Assembly: GCA_032718475.1 (NCBI GenBank)
Contig: JAUCBJ010008594.1
Coordinates: forward strand, 77,249-141,248
DNA: 64,000 nt
Source of the DNA: Nemertoderma westbladi
Taxonomy: Eukaryota; Animalia; Xenacoelomorpha
Direction: 5' to 3'
Shown piece by piece: positions 13,601 through 25,839 of this stretch. The notes beneath the pieces were generated by a model. That model was not told where the DNA came from, did not search any database, and was given only the letters and a program-made list of their open reading frames with translations. Each line of letters starts with the position of its first letter. Positions within the stretch are counted from its first letter, which is position 1. The position numbers were made by a program, and so were the translations under genes.

Positions 13601-15794
13601 TACCTCTAAGGCCTTGATTAACAAAACAAGTTGAAAGTTCCTCGAGCGGAGTTAAAAGCGGCTCTATACGCTACAGCCATCGGCCGGAATGTAACAGAAC
13701 AGATCGACTATCCACTGGAGAAAACTGTCTATTGGACCGATGCTTTACTCGTGTTGGAATATATAACCAATGAAGTCTGTCAGTTCAGCGTCTTCGTTAC
13801 CAACAGAGTAGCCATTATACTTAGTCGCACGAAGATAGATCAATGGAGACATTGCCCCGGTACGATTAATCCAGCCGATCGCCTCCAGGGGAGCAACTCC
13901 ACAAGAACTGATAGATACTCCAGACTGGTTAGGTGGACCCGACTTCCTAAGCAAGGAAGAGGATGAATGGCCTCCTCATCTTACTACGGCGGAGATTAGA
14001 CAAGCCAAGGGAGCGGAGAAAGTCAAACCTAAAACCCGGGCAAGTAAATCGAAGTTATTTAAACCCGTGATAGATCTGTCTGTACTACACACTTCCGGAG
14101 ACGACGCTTTGGATCCAAAACCCCCAGCCACAAATAAGTCTGTTGTGGAAATCAGAGAGAGAGATTGGAAATCTGGAACACCAGACGTCTCGCAGGGACT
14201 CTCACCCCTCCTACAGAGAGCGATACATCACTATAGCTCCTGGAATCGACTCTGTAAAGCCGTTACATATTTAAAGCGATGTTTTCATCATCACTACTCC
14301 AGGACGAAGACCGCTAGTGATACTGCTCCATTGACATCTGCGCAGGTCCATGTTGTTAAAGATCTTCCCAAATACAAGATATCAGACAGATTTCTGAAGG
14401 AGAAGATCAGTTACCAGGAGCATGAAGAAACCAATAAGCAGATACTGAGACTCCTGCAATGCTATGAGGATTCCGATAAGTATTTCCTGTTGTTGAGAAA
14501 TCCACAGATGCGCTTAAGGGATCGTTTCTCTAGCACAATGATAGATGGGTTGATACGTGTTGGAGGAAGACTAACTAATGCTCCATTATCCTTTGACACT
14601 AAGTTTCCCATACTCATTAGAAATCTTGAAATACAAATCAAGATGATTGTAGATGTTCACAGTAAGCTTTACCATGCTGGTAGAGAACGAGTTCTTAGCG
14701 AAATTCGAACTCGCTATTATTTTCATAAACCCCGTAGAGCTCTGAACCAAGTTCTTAGGAACTGCATACCCTGTAGGAAAGCATTCAGTAGGCTTTTAAC
14801 ACAGCGAGAGGCAGAATTACCTAGGGAACGAGTAAGCTTCTATGAACCACCCTTTACTAATACCGGTGTGGATTTATTTGGCCCTATTGAAGTATATCGT
14901 GCTAGGACTATAGTCAAGAGATGGTGTGTCATCTTTGTCTGTATGACTTGTAGAGCTATCCATCTCGATATGGTGAACGATTTATCTACCAATAGCTTCA
15001 TATTGAGCTTACGCCGACAGATCGCTCGCTTTGGAACTAGTAACACAATGAGATCTGATAAGGGAACGAACTTCATTGGTGCCAACAATGAAATCAAGGC
15101 TTACGTCAAAGATTGGAACCAAAGACAGGTGGACGATCAGCTAAGGGTAACAGCGTCTAGCTGGACCTTCAACGCCGCCGACGCCCCTTGGTGGGGAGGA
15201 AGTTGGGAGAGATTAATCAGGAGCGTGAAGACCGCATTTCACTTTATAGTGCCGTGCCGCGCGTATCTCACCGACGAACTTTTGCAGACGTTAATGGAGG
15301 AAATCGCCGCCTATCTCAACGAGAGACCGCTTATGCTCCCACGATCGGAAATCACAGACGGAGACGAATACTGCCGGCAAACTTGGCAACTTATGCAGTT
15401 GTTATCCCATCGTTTCGCTGACCATTTCGAAAAACATTATCTGCCTACGCTACAACTTCGAACTAAGTGGTTTGCGCAGCAAGAAAAGGTCAGCGCAGGA
15501 GACATGGTCCTTATTGTGAAGTCAGATCTTCCACGTAAGCGGTGGCAGACAGGTCGTATCATCGAGACTCATATCTCGGATGATGGTTTGGTGCGATCGG
15601 TAGAACTCGTCGTCATGCGACGTAACTTTAAGAAACCAGGAATTGTCTTCGAGACACAGCAGCTCAATCGCCCAGTTGGTCGTTTATGTTTACTGGAAAG
15701 AGACAGAAAACTCTCCGGAAACTATGGAAGGCAAGATACTCTTCCCACGACCACCTCCCTAATCCAACAAACATCTAGGGACTCCCCAACGTAA
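7650..15794 (+). pseudogene. BEL/Pao gag-pol polyprotein, disrupted by several frameshifts and stops
   Basis: Gag zinc knuckles CVLCDGPHRLSVC, CYNCLRQGHQRRTC and CAKCDAKHHILLH; protease LLDSGST; RT YMDD; RNase H LHVFGDA, PRAELKAA, YWTDA, NPAD; integrase HHCC, GVDLFGP, SDKGTNF, GGSWERLIRSVK. Split into ORFs starting at 7650, 8021, 8864, 10202, 10804, 12558, 13631 and 14067. Confidence 0.95.
8820..9070 (+). repeat. Coding low-complexity repeat (AEAERKA)n in the Gag N-terminal region
   Basis: Repeated GCAGAAGCGGAAAG-type units translating to an A/E/R/K-rich, helix-like segment. Confidence 0.8.
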
Positions 15795-17500
15795 CAGCGT
15801 CTGGAGTGGGTGTGTGACTATATTATTTTATATTTGTTTTTATTATTTTATATTTATGTATGTATTATTATGTAATTTTATTATAATCGTTTTCTTTAAT
15901 TTTATTTAGTAGAATGTTATTTTAGCGATTATCTAGTAGATTAGTGCAATATATATTAGTCTTATTACTTAATTACTTATATATTATATATTTAGTGCGA
16001 CGGCGAGAAATAATTCTTTTTCTCTTTCCTTACTGTCCGTATCATATTATAAATACGTGACTACAGTAAGATGAAATGTCCGTACTTATTAAAGTACAAT
16101 AAAGCTCCTACTATATTTAAGTATTATTGGTAAGTAGAGTATTAGGAATGCAAAGTTCAGATCCTCGTGTCTCAGCTAAACCAAGCTCTGGGTAGACCTT
16201 GGAAACGACTTGCCTCTTCTCACTGACATTGTTTCTTGCAATATTGCTCTCATACCGTATATTAAATAATACATATAGTAGCGCGATGTCCCTTTAACAG
16301 TAGCATAAAACGCAAAATAAATCTGTGAAACCCTTTGACCATCTGTAATTCTAGTCGATTAAGATATCGTGCGTGGCACCCACCGATATACTTGAAAGAC
16401 AAAATTCTAGAATCAGTGGTTAACGTCCCCAGACATGTTCTGCAATAAACTAGTGCCCATCTTAAATATTAACTATTAATATTTGTAAAATCTGTCAAAT
16501 AGATACAATAGAGTAACTACTTACAAGTTAACTCTAGAAAATCTATAAATTAAAATCTGTAAAATTTTAGATCCTTTAAAATTCTAGTCTACTAAGATAT
16601 CGTAGCACTTACCGATACTCTTAAAAGGACAAATTTCCTAGAATTAAGGACCCTAGTCCCCAGACATGCTCTGGAATAAAATTATGTCTGTTTTAAGGAT
16701 AAATAATAAAATTTACGGGAATAAATTTAAATTCATCTCTTTTAATGAATTTGATAAATTGTCATTTTATACAATTTATAACATTCCCAAAATTCCATTA
16801 ATTAATAGATCATGGGAGCGGAGATTCACCCTATTAAGTGTATTAGTGTGCGAGAATCTCCAATATATAGTCAATAGCCGATAAAATTCATAAGATCATG
16901 TATAAAGGGGATATTGACAATTAAAGAATTACTATTAAATAGCATCCCAGATCTGTATGCATGGGAATTACCCTAATTCTACCGCTAGCTTTCCATAATG
17001 TCACCATAGTAACAACCACGCTAGAATTAGAAGCGAGTTAAAAGAACAATAGAAAGCTTGCCCCAATGAATAGCATAGGGAATAAATAGTACACTGCCAG
17101 TATCCAAGGATACATAATAATAACGTGGCATTCTGGAAGGCACTTGACTAACGGACAAATGGCCCAAATGTGTACAATTTGTAACAGTTGTGTGGAATTT
17201 GTGCGTTTATAGGTGAATGTTACTACTAAAGTGTGTTTACAGTAGCGAGTCGCAATTGTGAAAGTAGCCCTACCTCTGCAGTAAGAACCTGAAGTAAATC
17301 TTAGCCCTTGGGACGGACAGTGGAGTGACTCGCGCTGGTTGTTGTTGTCGTTGTGCAGCTACTATGTTGGCGATAGGCACATCGCGACAGTACATCAGCG
17401 CTGAGGATCTTGCGCTGTCGGGGGGCCGTGAAGGGTAGGCAGCGACGCCCGCTAGCCTAATTATAACTAATTATAATATTGATAAACTCATATAGCAGCT

Positions 17501-19060
17501 ATGACTGAGTTGATATAAGATGATCTTGGTATCAGGGAGCGATATACTCTACCGTTGCAAGCGTTTGTTGATAGCTTAATATGCGGCGACGCTAGTCCAA
17601 CTACTACAGAGGACGATGGTCATTATATCGAACCGCCAATGTCCCAGGAGCAACTCACTCGTGAATTGGACTATCGAAAATTCACTGCTCGCTATACGCA
17701 TCGTAATGGTACGCATATGGACTTCTTAACTACTGGTCATCCTATCGATTTACACGATACGGATGATGTCGACACCGAAAGGGAAATGGTCCTATTTAAA
17801 TATCATACCCAGTGGAGTCGGAACGATAAACTGAGAATCGAATGCGAAAATTCTATTCGAAATCGACTTGAAAGAGAAGACGTTAAAGAACCGGATAAAC
17901 GCAGTGACTCCAACGTATATTTGGAATTCTTGAGAGAAACATTGTAAAACTGAAGAAAGATCACCAGCGTTTCCCCTACAAGACGTGCGTTTTTGGTATT
18001 ATTGCGATGAATGCCCAAGACCCAACCAACAAACGGAAAGACATAAACATCCGCGGAGACGTTGCTCTAAACACAGTTTTACTCGCTATATTTACGGGAG
18101 TTTCGAGCGAAACTTGTTCGATGTATCACCTACGCTCGCTCGATTCAAATGATCCTTAAATAAACCTATGATCAGAGTTCCGGAATACTCGGTCAGACCT
18201 CCTCACTCCCTAGTGAGACCTCAGACTCTTGATCCTAATAGTATCACGGATCCTCCCGAACTGTACTCACTGTTCAAAGATCTAGTGTTACCTGAACAAT
18301 TAGTCGGTGGCACTCCGGTTGTGGGCTCCCTAAATATTCGCCCATCTTACCTAGTCGGATTGGGACGCGGACATCTAATATCGCCATTCAACCGTATCAT
18401 CGTCCCGGTTTAACCCGATACAACCTGTCACCGAGGTGGAGGAGAGAGTTGTACGAAACGCGTTGGACACTATTCGTCAAAAGATTGGAAAAGGAACCTA
18501 CAATTGTTTAGAGAAACGTAAATTGCAGCAGCAAGTCCAAGCGGTAAACGAATTAGCTTTATCTCAGTTCGATCAGGAAATCCAGAATCTCTAAGAAGAT
18601 ATCAAACTTGGACGACTCTACTTTCTGCAAGAGTTTTGGACGAATGCTTTCAACGACAAGCGGAGGAAAATCAGCTCGTGGAGAAGCATATCGATCCCGA
18701 TAGAGCCCTAGAATGCGAGTTGGAAAGAATCATCAAACCGAGGAAATTTCTCACTACACACGGTCCACCTACCGCTCTCGTGCAAACGACCCGTCAGGGA
18801 CCAGTAAGAGCTGCTGTCTTAAAACGCGCTCTCAAGGTTGTTCGACCTCGTTCCACTGAGGTTAATACCGATCAACGGGTACCTCGACCGGTGGATACAC
18901 CGACCGTAATCCTAAACCTTCCGATGCAATTGTATTGCACCCTTCACCCAGGAGTTATAGCCCTCCTAGTAAAGTGGCTCGCCCCAAAGAGAAAAGGACT
19001 CTTGCTAGCCTCAAAAAACTGCATAAACGCCGTCCGCGCAAGAAAGACTAACTGTTTAGA
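17501..19060 (+). pseudogene. Internally deleted extra ORF of the nested BEL element
   Basis: Starts ATGACTGAGTTGATA like the host copy at 20839(-) and has matching peptides (TDPPELYSLFKDLVLPEQLVGGTPVVG; FQRQAEENQL.EKHI; ECELER..KPRKF.T.HG). It jumps near 18693 over the ~2.5-kb exonuclease/knuckle block. Confidence 0.8.
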
Positions 19061-19129
19061 GTATTTTTATATTTTAGAAACTGTGATTTTTTATATTTTA
19101 TAGAATTAAATCCCATTTTCTGGGAGCGG

Positions 19130-20336
19130 TGTAAAGGCTTTTGCGGATCTAGCTAGTCATTTTCCCCGCAAAGTACTCTGTAGGTGTTTTAGCGGACATA
19201 AAAAGCCGTTTTCTTACTGTGTAGGTGTTTTAGTGGACATAAAAAGCCATTTTTCTGTATGTGTACTTTAGCGGACATAACAAGCAATTTTATGCCGCAA
19301 TACGCCAAAATACTCTTAATACAGTGTAGTTCAGATGACGACATCTATCAGCTGATATGTCGACATGGAGCTTTTGGCTTTCTTTGTTCAGGCTCACTCA
19401 CTCGACCAATCAGAGCGATTTTCATTTTATTTGCACAGAAGCCTCCGGGAAATCGCGCAATGCATTATGGTCTTTGTTTACCTTTTTTCCTGAGCCCAGA
19501 ACATCGGCTTTGTAATTATTCTGTGTTTCAGACTTTAGCCAAACATTAGAACGGCTTTGATTATAGAAACGTATAACTGTTATCAAATCAATGCATAATT
19601 CACAACAAACCAAATCATACACTGCATATCATACTATACATACCTTTCACCGCATTATTTTACTGCTATTTACTGTCGGTTATTAATTGTTATCAGTTGA
19701 TGGATATGTTGTTATATTTGGAGAATATCGATAAATAATCATAAAACCCCAATCTTCTTGATATACTGAAGGTTAGAGAGACCGGTTACATATAGCAATT
19801 GCGACTTACATTATAGTGGTTTTGGAGTGAATTGAATGCTATTTCATAGACCCTACATGTGTCAGTTGCTGTTCTCCTTATATATGATTAAAATTAGTGA
19901 AGGTCGGCAGATCAGTGTGCAGCAGTGTGCGGTAGTGTGCATGAGTGTGATAGATAACAAAGCATTTCCTAAAGAATGCGCCTTATACGAAAATCAATAG
20001 CCATCCCGTTGTGTTTAGTGTAAGTCATAACTCTGTTTACATACTTAGAGCGCCATGTCCTAAAGTAACTGTTAATATTTCCCGAAAGTAAATAATATTT
20101 GTCAGAGATATTATAGTAACGATCAATCGAATAGTACAGTAAGCCTACACCGCAATAAGGTCAGAGCATCCAAATCCAGTCTCCCTTAACCGTGGGTGAA
20201 TGATCGCGCATAGGCTGGCTTCGGCTAATGTAACTTTATGTGTATCAAATACTTGTTATAGGCTAAAGTCGATTTATAACCTAGAAGACACCTAAATTTG
20301 GCAGGTTAAACTGCTAAAGGTCTAAAAGCGCGAACA
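19130..20336 (+). repeat. 3' LTR
   Basis: Direct repeat of 3809-5015, preceded by GGGAGCGG and followed by the TSD CAAAG. Confidence 0.96.
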
Positions 20337-20839
20337 CAAAGCTAATTCTTTTACCGCTTGGACTTGTTGTTGCAATTTACGTTTGTCTAAACAATCGTAG
20401 GTTCCTTTTCCGATCTTTTGCCGAATCGCGTCCAGTGCGTTCCTTATAACACTTTCTTCTACCACGGTGACAGGTTGTATCGGAGTCAAACCGGGATGAT
20501 CATACGGGTTGAATGGAGATATTAAATGTCCGCTTCCCAATCCGGCTAGGTAGGATGGGCAAATATCTAAAGTGCCCACAACCGGAGTGCCACCGACTAA
20601 TTGTTCGGGTAACACCAGATCTTTGAACAATGAGTACAACTCAGGAGGATCCGTCATACTATTAGGGTCGAGAGTCTGTGGGCGCCCTGGGGAATGAGGA
20701 GGTCTGGCCGAGTATTCTGTCCATTGTCTTCTGTCGTATATTGACTCGCGTCGCCGCTTATCAAACCATCAACAAACGCTTGTAGCGGTAGAGTATATCG
20801 CTCTCTGATACCAAGATCATCTTCTATCAACTCAGTCAT
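20337..20839 (-). pseudogene. N-terminal part of the older element's extra ORF
   Basis: ORFs 20654-20839 and 20322-20657 match nested-copy peptides at 17501-18560; the sequence resumes at 3808. Confidence 0.8.
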
Positions 20840-22661
20840 AGTTGCTATATGAGTTTATCTAGATTACAACGAATGAGGCTAGCGGGTGTCGCCACCTTCA
20901 ATCCCCCTCTCTGCCCCCGGACAGCCCTGAGGTCCTCAGGGCTGATGTACTGCTGTCGCTGTGCCCCTCGCCAACGCAGTAGCCACACAACGACAACAAT
21001 AACCAGCGCGAGTCACTCTACTGTCCGTCCCAAGAGCTCGAATATACTAGAGGTACTTGATACAGATGTAGGATAACTTTCACAATTGCGGCTCGCTACT
21101 GTAAACATACTTTAGTAGTAACATTCACCTATAAATACACAAATTCCACATTCCTGCCACAATTTGTACAAATTAGAGCCATTTGTCCAGTAGTCAGATG
21201 CCTTCCAGAATGCCACGTTATTATTATGTATTCTTAGATACTATCAAGGCGCTATTTATTACACATGCTATTCAATGGGGTAAGCTCTCTATTGTTCTTT
21301 TAACTCACTTCTAATTCTAGGGTGGTTGTTACTATGGTGACATTATGCAAAGCTAGCGGTAGAATTAGGGTATTTATCATGCATACAGATCTGGGATGCT
21401 ATTTAATAGTGACTCTTGGGTTATTAATATTCCCTTTATATATGATTTTTATTAATTTTGTCGGATATTGTCTGTACACTGGAGATTCTCTCACACTGAT
21501 ATGCTTAATAGGGTGAATCTCCACTCCAATGATCTATTAATTAACGGAATTTTGGGAATGTTAATAAATTGTATAAAATGACAATTTATTTGATTCATGA
21601 GAGGATATGAATTTAAATTTATTCCCGTAAATTTTATTATTTAATATTAAAATAGACACAGTTTTATTCCAGAACATGTCTGGTCATGATCCTTGATTCC
21701 AGAAATTTTGTCTTTTAAGGGTATCGGTAAGTACTACGATATCTTAATCGACTAAAATTTTAGAGGATCTAAGGGTTTAACAGATTTTTATATCAACATT
21801 TGTTATAATAATGTTGTGAATATTTAACAAATAGTTAATATTAGGATGGGCACCGATTTATTCCAGAACATCTCACTGATTCTAGAATTTTGTCTTTCAA
21901 GTATATCGGTGGGTGCCGCGATATCTTAATCGACTAGAATTTCAGAAGGTCAAAGGGTTTAACAGATTTATGGGTCAAAGATTTTAACAGATTTACTTTG
22001 ACAGTGCTACTGTTAAATGGACATCTTTCTTAGTTTTTAGTTTAGTTTAGTTTATTTCGCCACACATGTTAAAATACATAAATACAACAAACAATTATAC
22101 CTGGCATCACTTATAAATACGCTACTGCGTGTTACACGGGATTGTTGCTAAATAATAATAAACACGGGGAATAAAATTATTACACAATTATACAGTAGGT
22201 TTTCCACTGTTTCAAAAATTAATAATTCTACTATATGTATTATTTAAAATACGGTACGAGAGCAATATTGCAAGAAGCAATGTCAGTGAGAAGAGGCAAG
22301 TCATTTCCAAGGTCTACCCAGAGCTTGGTTTAGCCGAGACACGAGGATCTGAACTTTGCATTCCTAATACTCTACTTTACCAATAATACCTAAGTATAGT
22401 AGGAGTGGTATAGATTGTACTTTAATAAATACTGACATTTCATCTTACTGTAGTCACGTATTTATAGTATGATACGGACAGTAAGGAAAGAGAAAACGAT
22501 ATATTATACTAAGTAATTAAGTAATAAAATACGAAATATATTGCACTAATCTACTGAGTAATCGTTTAAAATATTATTCTACTAAATAAAATTAAATAAA
22601 ACGATCACAATAATATAAATTACATAATAATGCGTACATAAATATAAAATAAAACAAATAA

Positions 22662-23107
22662 GATTACAGAAGGCGGGGTAGCTCAGTTGGTTGAGCGCCG
22701 GGCCTACTACTACTACTAGGATCGGCATGCTGCATTGCAGCTGCATTTTTAAGAATGCTGTGCCGGCTTGTCAACAAAATTGCACCGCCACAACTCCCTA
22801 TCACCCATGACATTTGCTAGATCATCCGCATCTTTAAGGCCAGTGTCCTTTAAGATGCGTCTCAAGAAAGTCATGGGCTGTCCACCATGCTCCACCGGGC
22901 CTGCAATCTAATGGTTGTAGGTTCAGCCCCGCCAGGGTCCACTCAGCCTTTCATCCACTGGGGTCGATAAAATGAGTACCAGTTAAATAAATGGGAGCAA
23001 ATCTTGGGATAGGAGTAGCGCCCACCCCTACCCTCGGGTAGCAGCTATCGAAAGAGGAGCCTTCGGGTCGCCTCCGGCTTCGGCCGACTGTTTGCTTTTT
23101 TTTTTTG
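22662..23107 (+). mobile_element. tRNA-derived SINE inserted in the older BEL element
   Basis: Head GGCGGGGTAGCTCAGTTGGTTGAGCG (A box) and degenerate B box GGTTCAGCCCC; central ACTCAGCCTTTCATCC...GGTCGATAAAATGAGTACC block; TSD AAAACAAATAA at 22651-22661 and 23108-23118; absent from the homologous nested-copy site near 15830. Confidence 0.8.
22706..22894 (-). mobile_element. 5'-truncated RTE LINE 3' end inserted in the SINE head
   Basis: Matches 23580-23760; (TAG)n tail on the minus strand; TSD CCGGGCCT at 22698-22705 and 22895-22902. Confidence 0.88.
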
Positions 23108-23982
23108 AAAACAAATAAAATAATAGAGTCACACACCCGCTCCAATCGCTGTTATGTTGTGGAGTCCCTAGATGTTTGTTGGATTAGGGAGGTGGTCGTG
23201 GGAAGAGTCTCTTGTTTTCCGTAGTTGCCGGACAACTCTCGGTCTCTTTCCAATAAACATAAACGACCAACCGGGCGATTAAGTTGTTGAGTTTCAAAAA
23301 CGATTCCAGGTTTCTTGTAGTTAAGTAGCATGACTACGAGTTTCACCGATCTCACTAAACCATCATCGGATATATGAGTCTCGATGATACGACCTGTCTG
23401 CCACCTCTTACGGGGAAGATCTGATTCCACAATGAGGACCATGTCTCCGGCGCTGACATTTTCTTGCTGCACAAACATTAGAGAACGAAGCTTAGACGAG
23501 TTATTATGTTTACGACATAATCGCCATATTATTGACATATTACGACAAATTATGTTTACTTTAGAACACATCAATGACTACTGCTAGGATCGGCATGCTG
23601 CATTGCAGCTGCATTTTTAAGAATGCTGTGCCGGCTTGTCGACAAAATTGCGCCGCCACAACTCCCTATCACCCATGACATTTGCTAGATCATCCGCATC
23701 TTCAAGACCAGTGTCCTTTAAGATGCGTCTCAAGAAAGTCATGGGCTGTCCACCATGCTTATTCACTCCATGAGGCTGCCAAAGTACAAGATTATGCACT
23801 GGCAGGTCCTCACAGCGAAAGCAATGTCCTGCAAAGCGGATGCGATTTTGTTCTAGTGTCAAGCTTGGGGGAACCAATAAGACACCTCCAATGTTATATA
23901 GCGTCTGGTTGGAGATGTGTGCATTGTACTTGACACAATGAACCAGGCGTAGCATCCTTGTGAATGTGCCATCCAGAGATTT

Positions 23983-24230
23983 AAAATGTTTAAGGTAGTG
24001 GCAAGCCGACTTAAGGGCGTCACAATCAGTCATCAGTCTGATGTCTCCTTCTGCATTGCATACCGGTACCGGTGTTTCATACTTTTGTGTTTTGTAGTTT
24101 TACCAGTTTGTTTAAGTAATCAGGCCCTGACGATACCCCAACGGGGAGAAATATATAGGCCGTTGTTTAATTATCTTTTAATTGTCTTTCGGGGCTATAA
24201 AACTCCTGTTCCACCAACCCCTTGTAATGG
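23983..24230 (+). mobile_element. 248-bp insertion in the RTE copy, probably Penelope-like element derived
   Basis: 12-bp duplication ATCCAGAGATTT at 23971-23982 and 24231-24242; the site is uninterrupted in the RTE copy near 29690; contains a minimal hammerhead motif. Confidence 0.65.
24123..24161 (+). ncRNA. Minimal type I hammerhead ribozyme motif
   Basis: GGCC-CTGACGA-T(A)CCCC AAC GGGG A-GAAA-TATA-TA-GGCC: both core boxes, stem I GGCC/GGCC, stem II CCCC/GGGG, and palindromic ATATAT in place of stem III. Confidence 0.7.
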
Positions 24231-25839
24231 ATCCAGAGATTTGGTGTCCTCAGCAGTTAGAGCCCAGCATGGACTCCCATAGAGGAGCACTGGAACTACT
24301 GCTGCTCTAAATAATCTGACCTTAAGTTTCCGAATAATTCTCGGTGACTTCCAAATCCTGGAAAGCCTATTCAAGGCTGCCCATGCCTTTCCCTTACGTA
24401 TTCGAAGGTCCTCACCTGACTTCCGGATCCATGATCCCAGGTAACAGAAGTCATCCACATGCTCAAGCATACCATCTTTTGAGCTTATGGTCATCCGATC
24501 AGAGACTTGCTGAGGACTTTCAAAGTTAACTGTCAAAATTTTGGTCTTTCTGGAGTTAATAAAAAGACTAACACTAGAAGCAGCATTTTCTAATGAGCTG
24601 AGGAGCCGTTGGGCTCCCTCTAGTGATTCATTCTGAGAGCACTCCTAAGTCATCAGCAAAGTCTAGATCAGTTAGGTACTTGGCAGGATTTCCTCGACTT
24701 CTGGAGCCCGTAGGTGGAGTTATCATCATAGGACATGCGTAGAACATAGTCAACCACAATTATGAACAAGAATGGTGCAAGTGTGTCTCCCTGGAGGACG
24801 CCCCATAACACTTCAAATGGTTTTGTGTCACCGTCAACAGTAGACACAAATGTTGTCGAACTATCGTATACTGATCTGATTGCTGCAATAATTTCATCAG
24901 GAATCCCATATAATGAAAGTATGCTGAACATACGTGAGCGAGAGACTGAATCAAAGGCTTTGAAGAAGTCAACAAAGATAACAGCCAGATGCCTGTCTTT
25001 CATTTTTGATAACTCTTCAATTATCCTTCTAAGTGCCAAAATGGGCTCCATGGTCCCACGACCTTTACGGAACCCATTCTGATTTCCACGGAGCAGTCTC
25101 TCAATGGGATCCCTGATGCGATTTAATAGAATACTATTGTATAGCTTTGCAGCAATCGAGATCAATGAGATTCCCCGAAAAAAACCATAGATTGTTAGGT
25201 TGCCCTTCTTGGGAACAGGCACCAACTTATATGTTTTCATTTCTTGTGGGACTCTGTTGTTCGGTTCATGTCTACTATGATGGGATAGATGAGCCTTAAA
25301 CACTCAGGTATTTTAAAGACCTCAGGGGGAACACCATCTACTCCACTGGCACGATTGGTCTTAATGCTCTTTGCAGCAGCCTTCACTTCTGCAAAGGAGA
25401 TATCACCAATGGGAATATCTGGGAGTACAGACTCAGACACTTTTACTTCTATAAAGTTATCAGGCAATACCCTGTCATTATTGAGGAGCTTTTCAAAGTG
25501 GGCCTTCCAACCATTGAGGCGATCGGCTGGTGATTCAGCCTTAACCTTGGTGGTTGGTTGGCTTTTTCGACCAGCAAGCAAGTTGATCGATCTCCATGCC
25601 TGGGATGATTGCCTGCTGTCGTCAGCATCATTGATGGCATCAACCTGTTGGTTTATTAGCTCCTGTAAATTAACAGAGTACTGCCTGTTCAGGGACCTAG
25701 ATGCAGCCTTAACTGCATTCTTGGCCGCTGTAGTCTGTTTGAGTCGGGACTCTTTCTGCGCCTTGTAGAGGTCATTTCGGCACTTCTGAATTTTGTTGTC
25801 AGTCCAGGGGGCCCGGCCCTTTTCCTGTTTCGAGGGTAT

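Larger units (their letters stand above)
3809..20336 (+). mobile_element. Full-length BEL/Pao LTR retrotransposon (16.5 kb), nested insertion
   Basis: Two 1207-bp TG...CA LTRs; 5-bp TSD CAAAG at 3804-3808 and 20337-20341; gag-PR-RT-RH-IN domain order; purine-rich tract before the 3' LTR. Confidence 0.96.
1..23475 (-). mobile_element. Older, 5'-truncated BEL/Pao LTR retrotransposon (integrase C-terminus, spacer, extra ORF, PPT, 3' LTR), split by the nested element
   Basis: 23152-23475 encodes an integrase tail nearly identical to the nested copy (GDMVLIVESDLPRKRWQTGRIIETHISDDGLVRSV). 20337-23150 is an inverted homolog of about 15800-18560. The sequence continues colinearly from 20337 to 3808 across the insertion. 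Confidence 0.88.
23576..25815 (-). mobile_element. RTE-like non-LTR retrotransposon, 5'-truncated and frameshifted
   Basis: RT motifs VPVPKKG, RGISL, QNGFR, FVDFFKAFDS, GVLQGDTLAPFLF, FADD, FCYLGS, LLYG...W, RIRFAGHC.R; short trinucleotide tail. Confidence 0.9.

Noticed and set aside
17501-19103. env gene in the nested element
   Set aside because: No signal peptide, transmembrane segment or fusion-protein cysteine pattern is visible; the homologous host ORF looks like a nuclease.
22672-22935. tRNA gene
   Set aside because: The B box is degenerate, the sequence is interrupted by an RTE fragment, and it is followed by a SINE body with a TSD.
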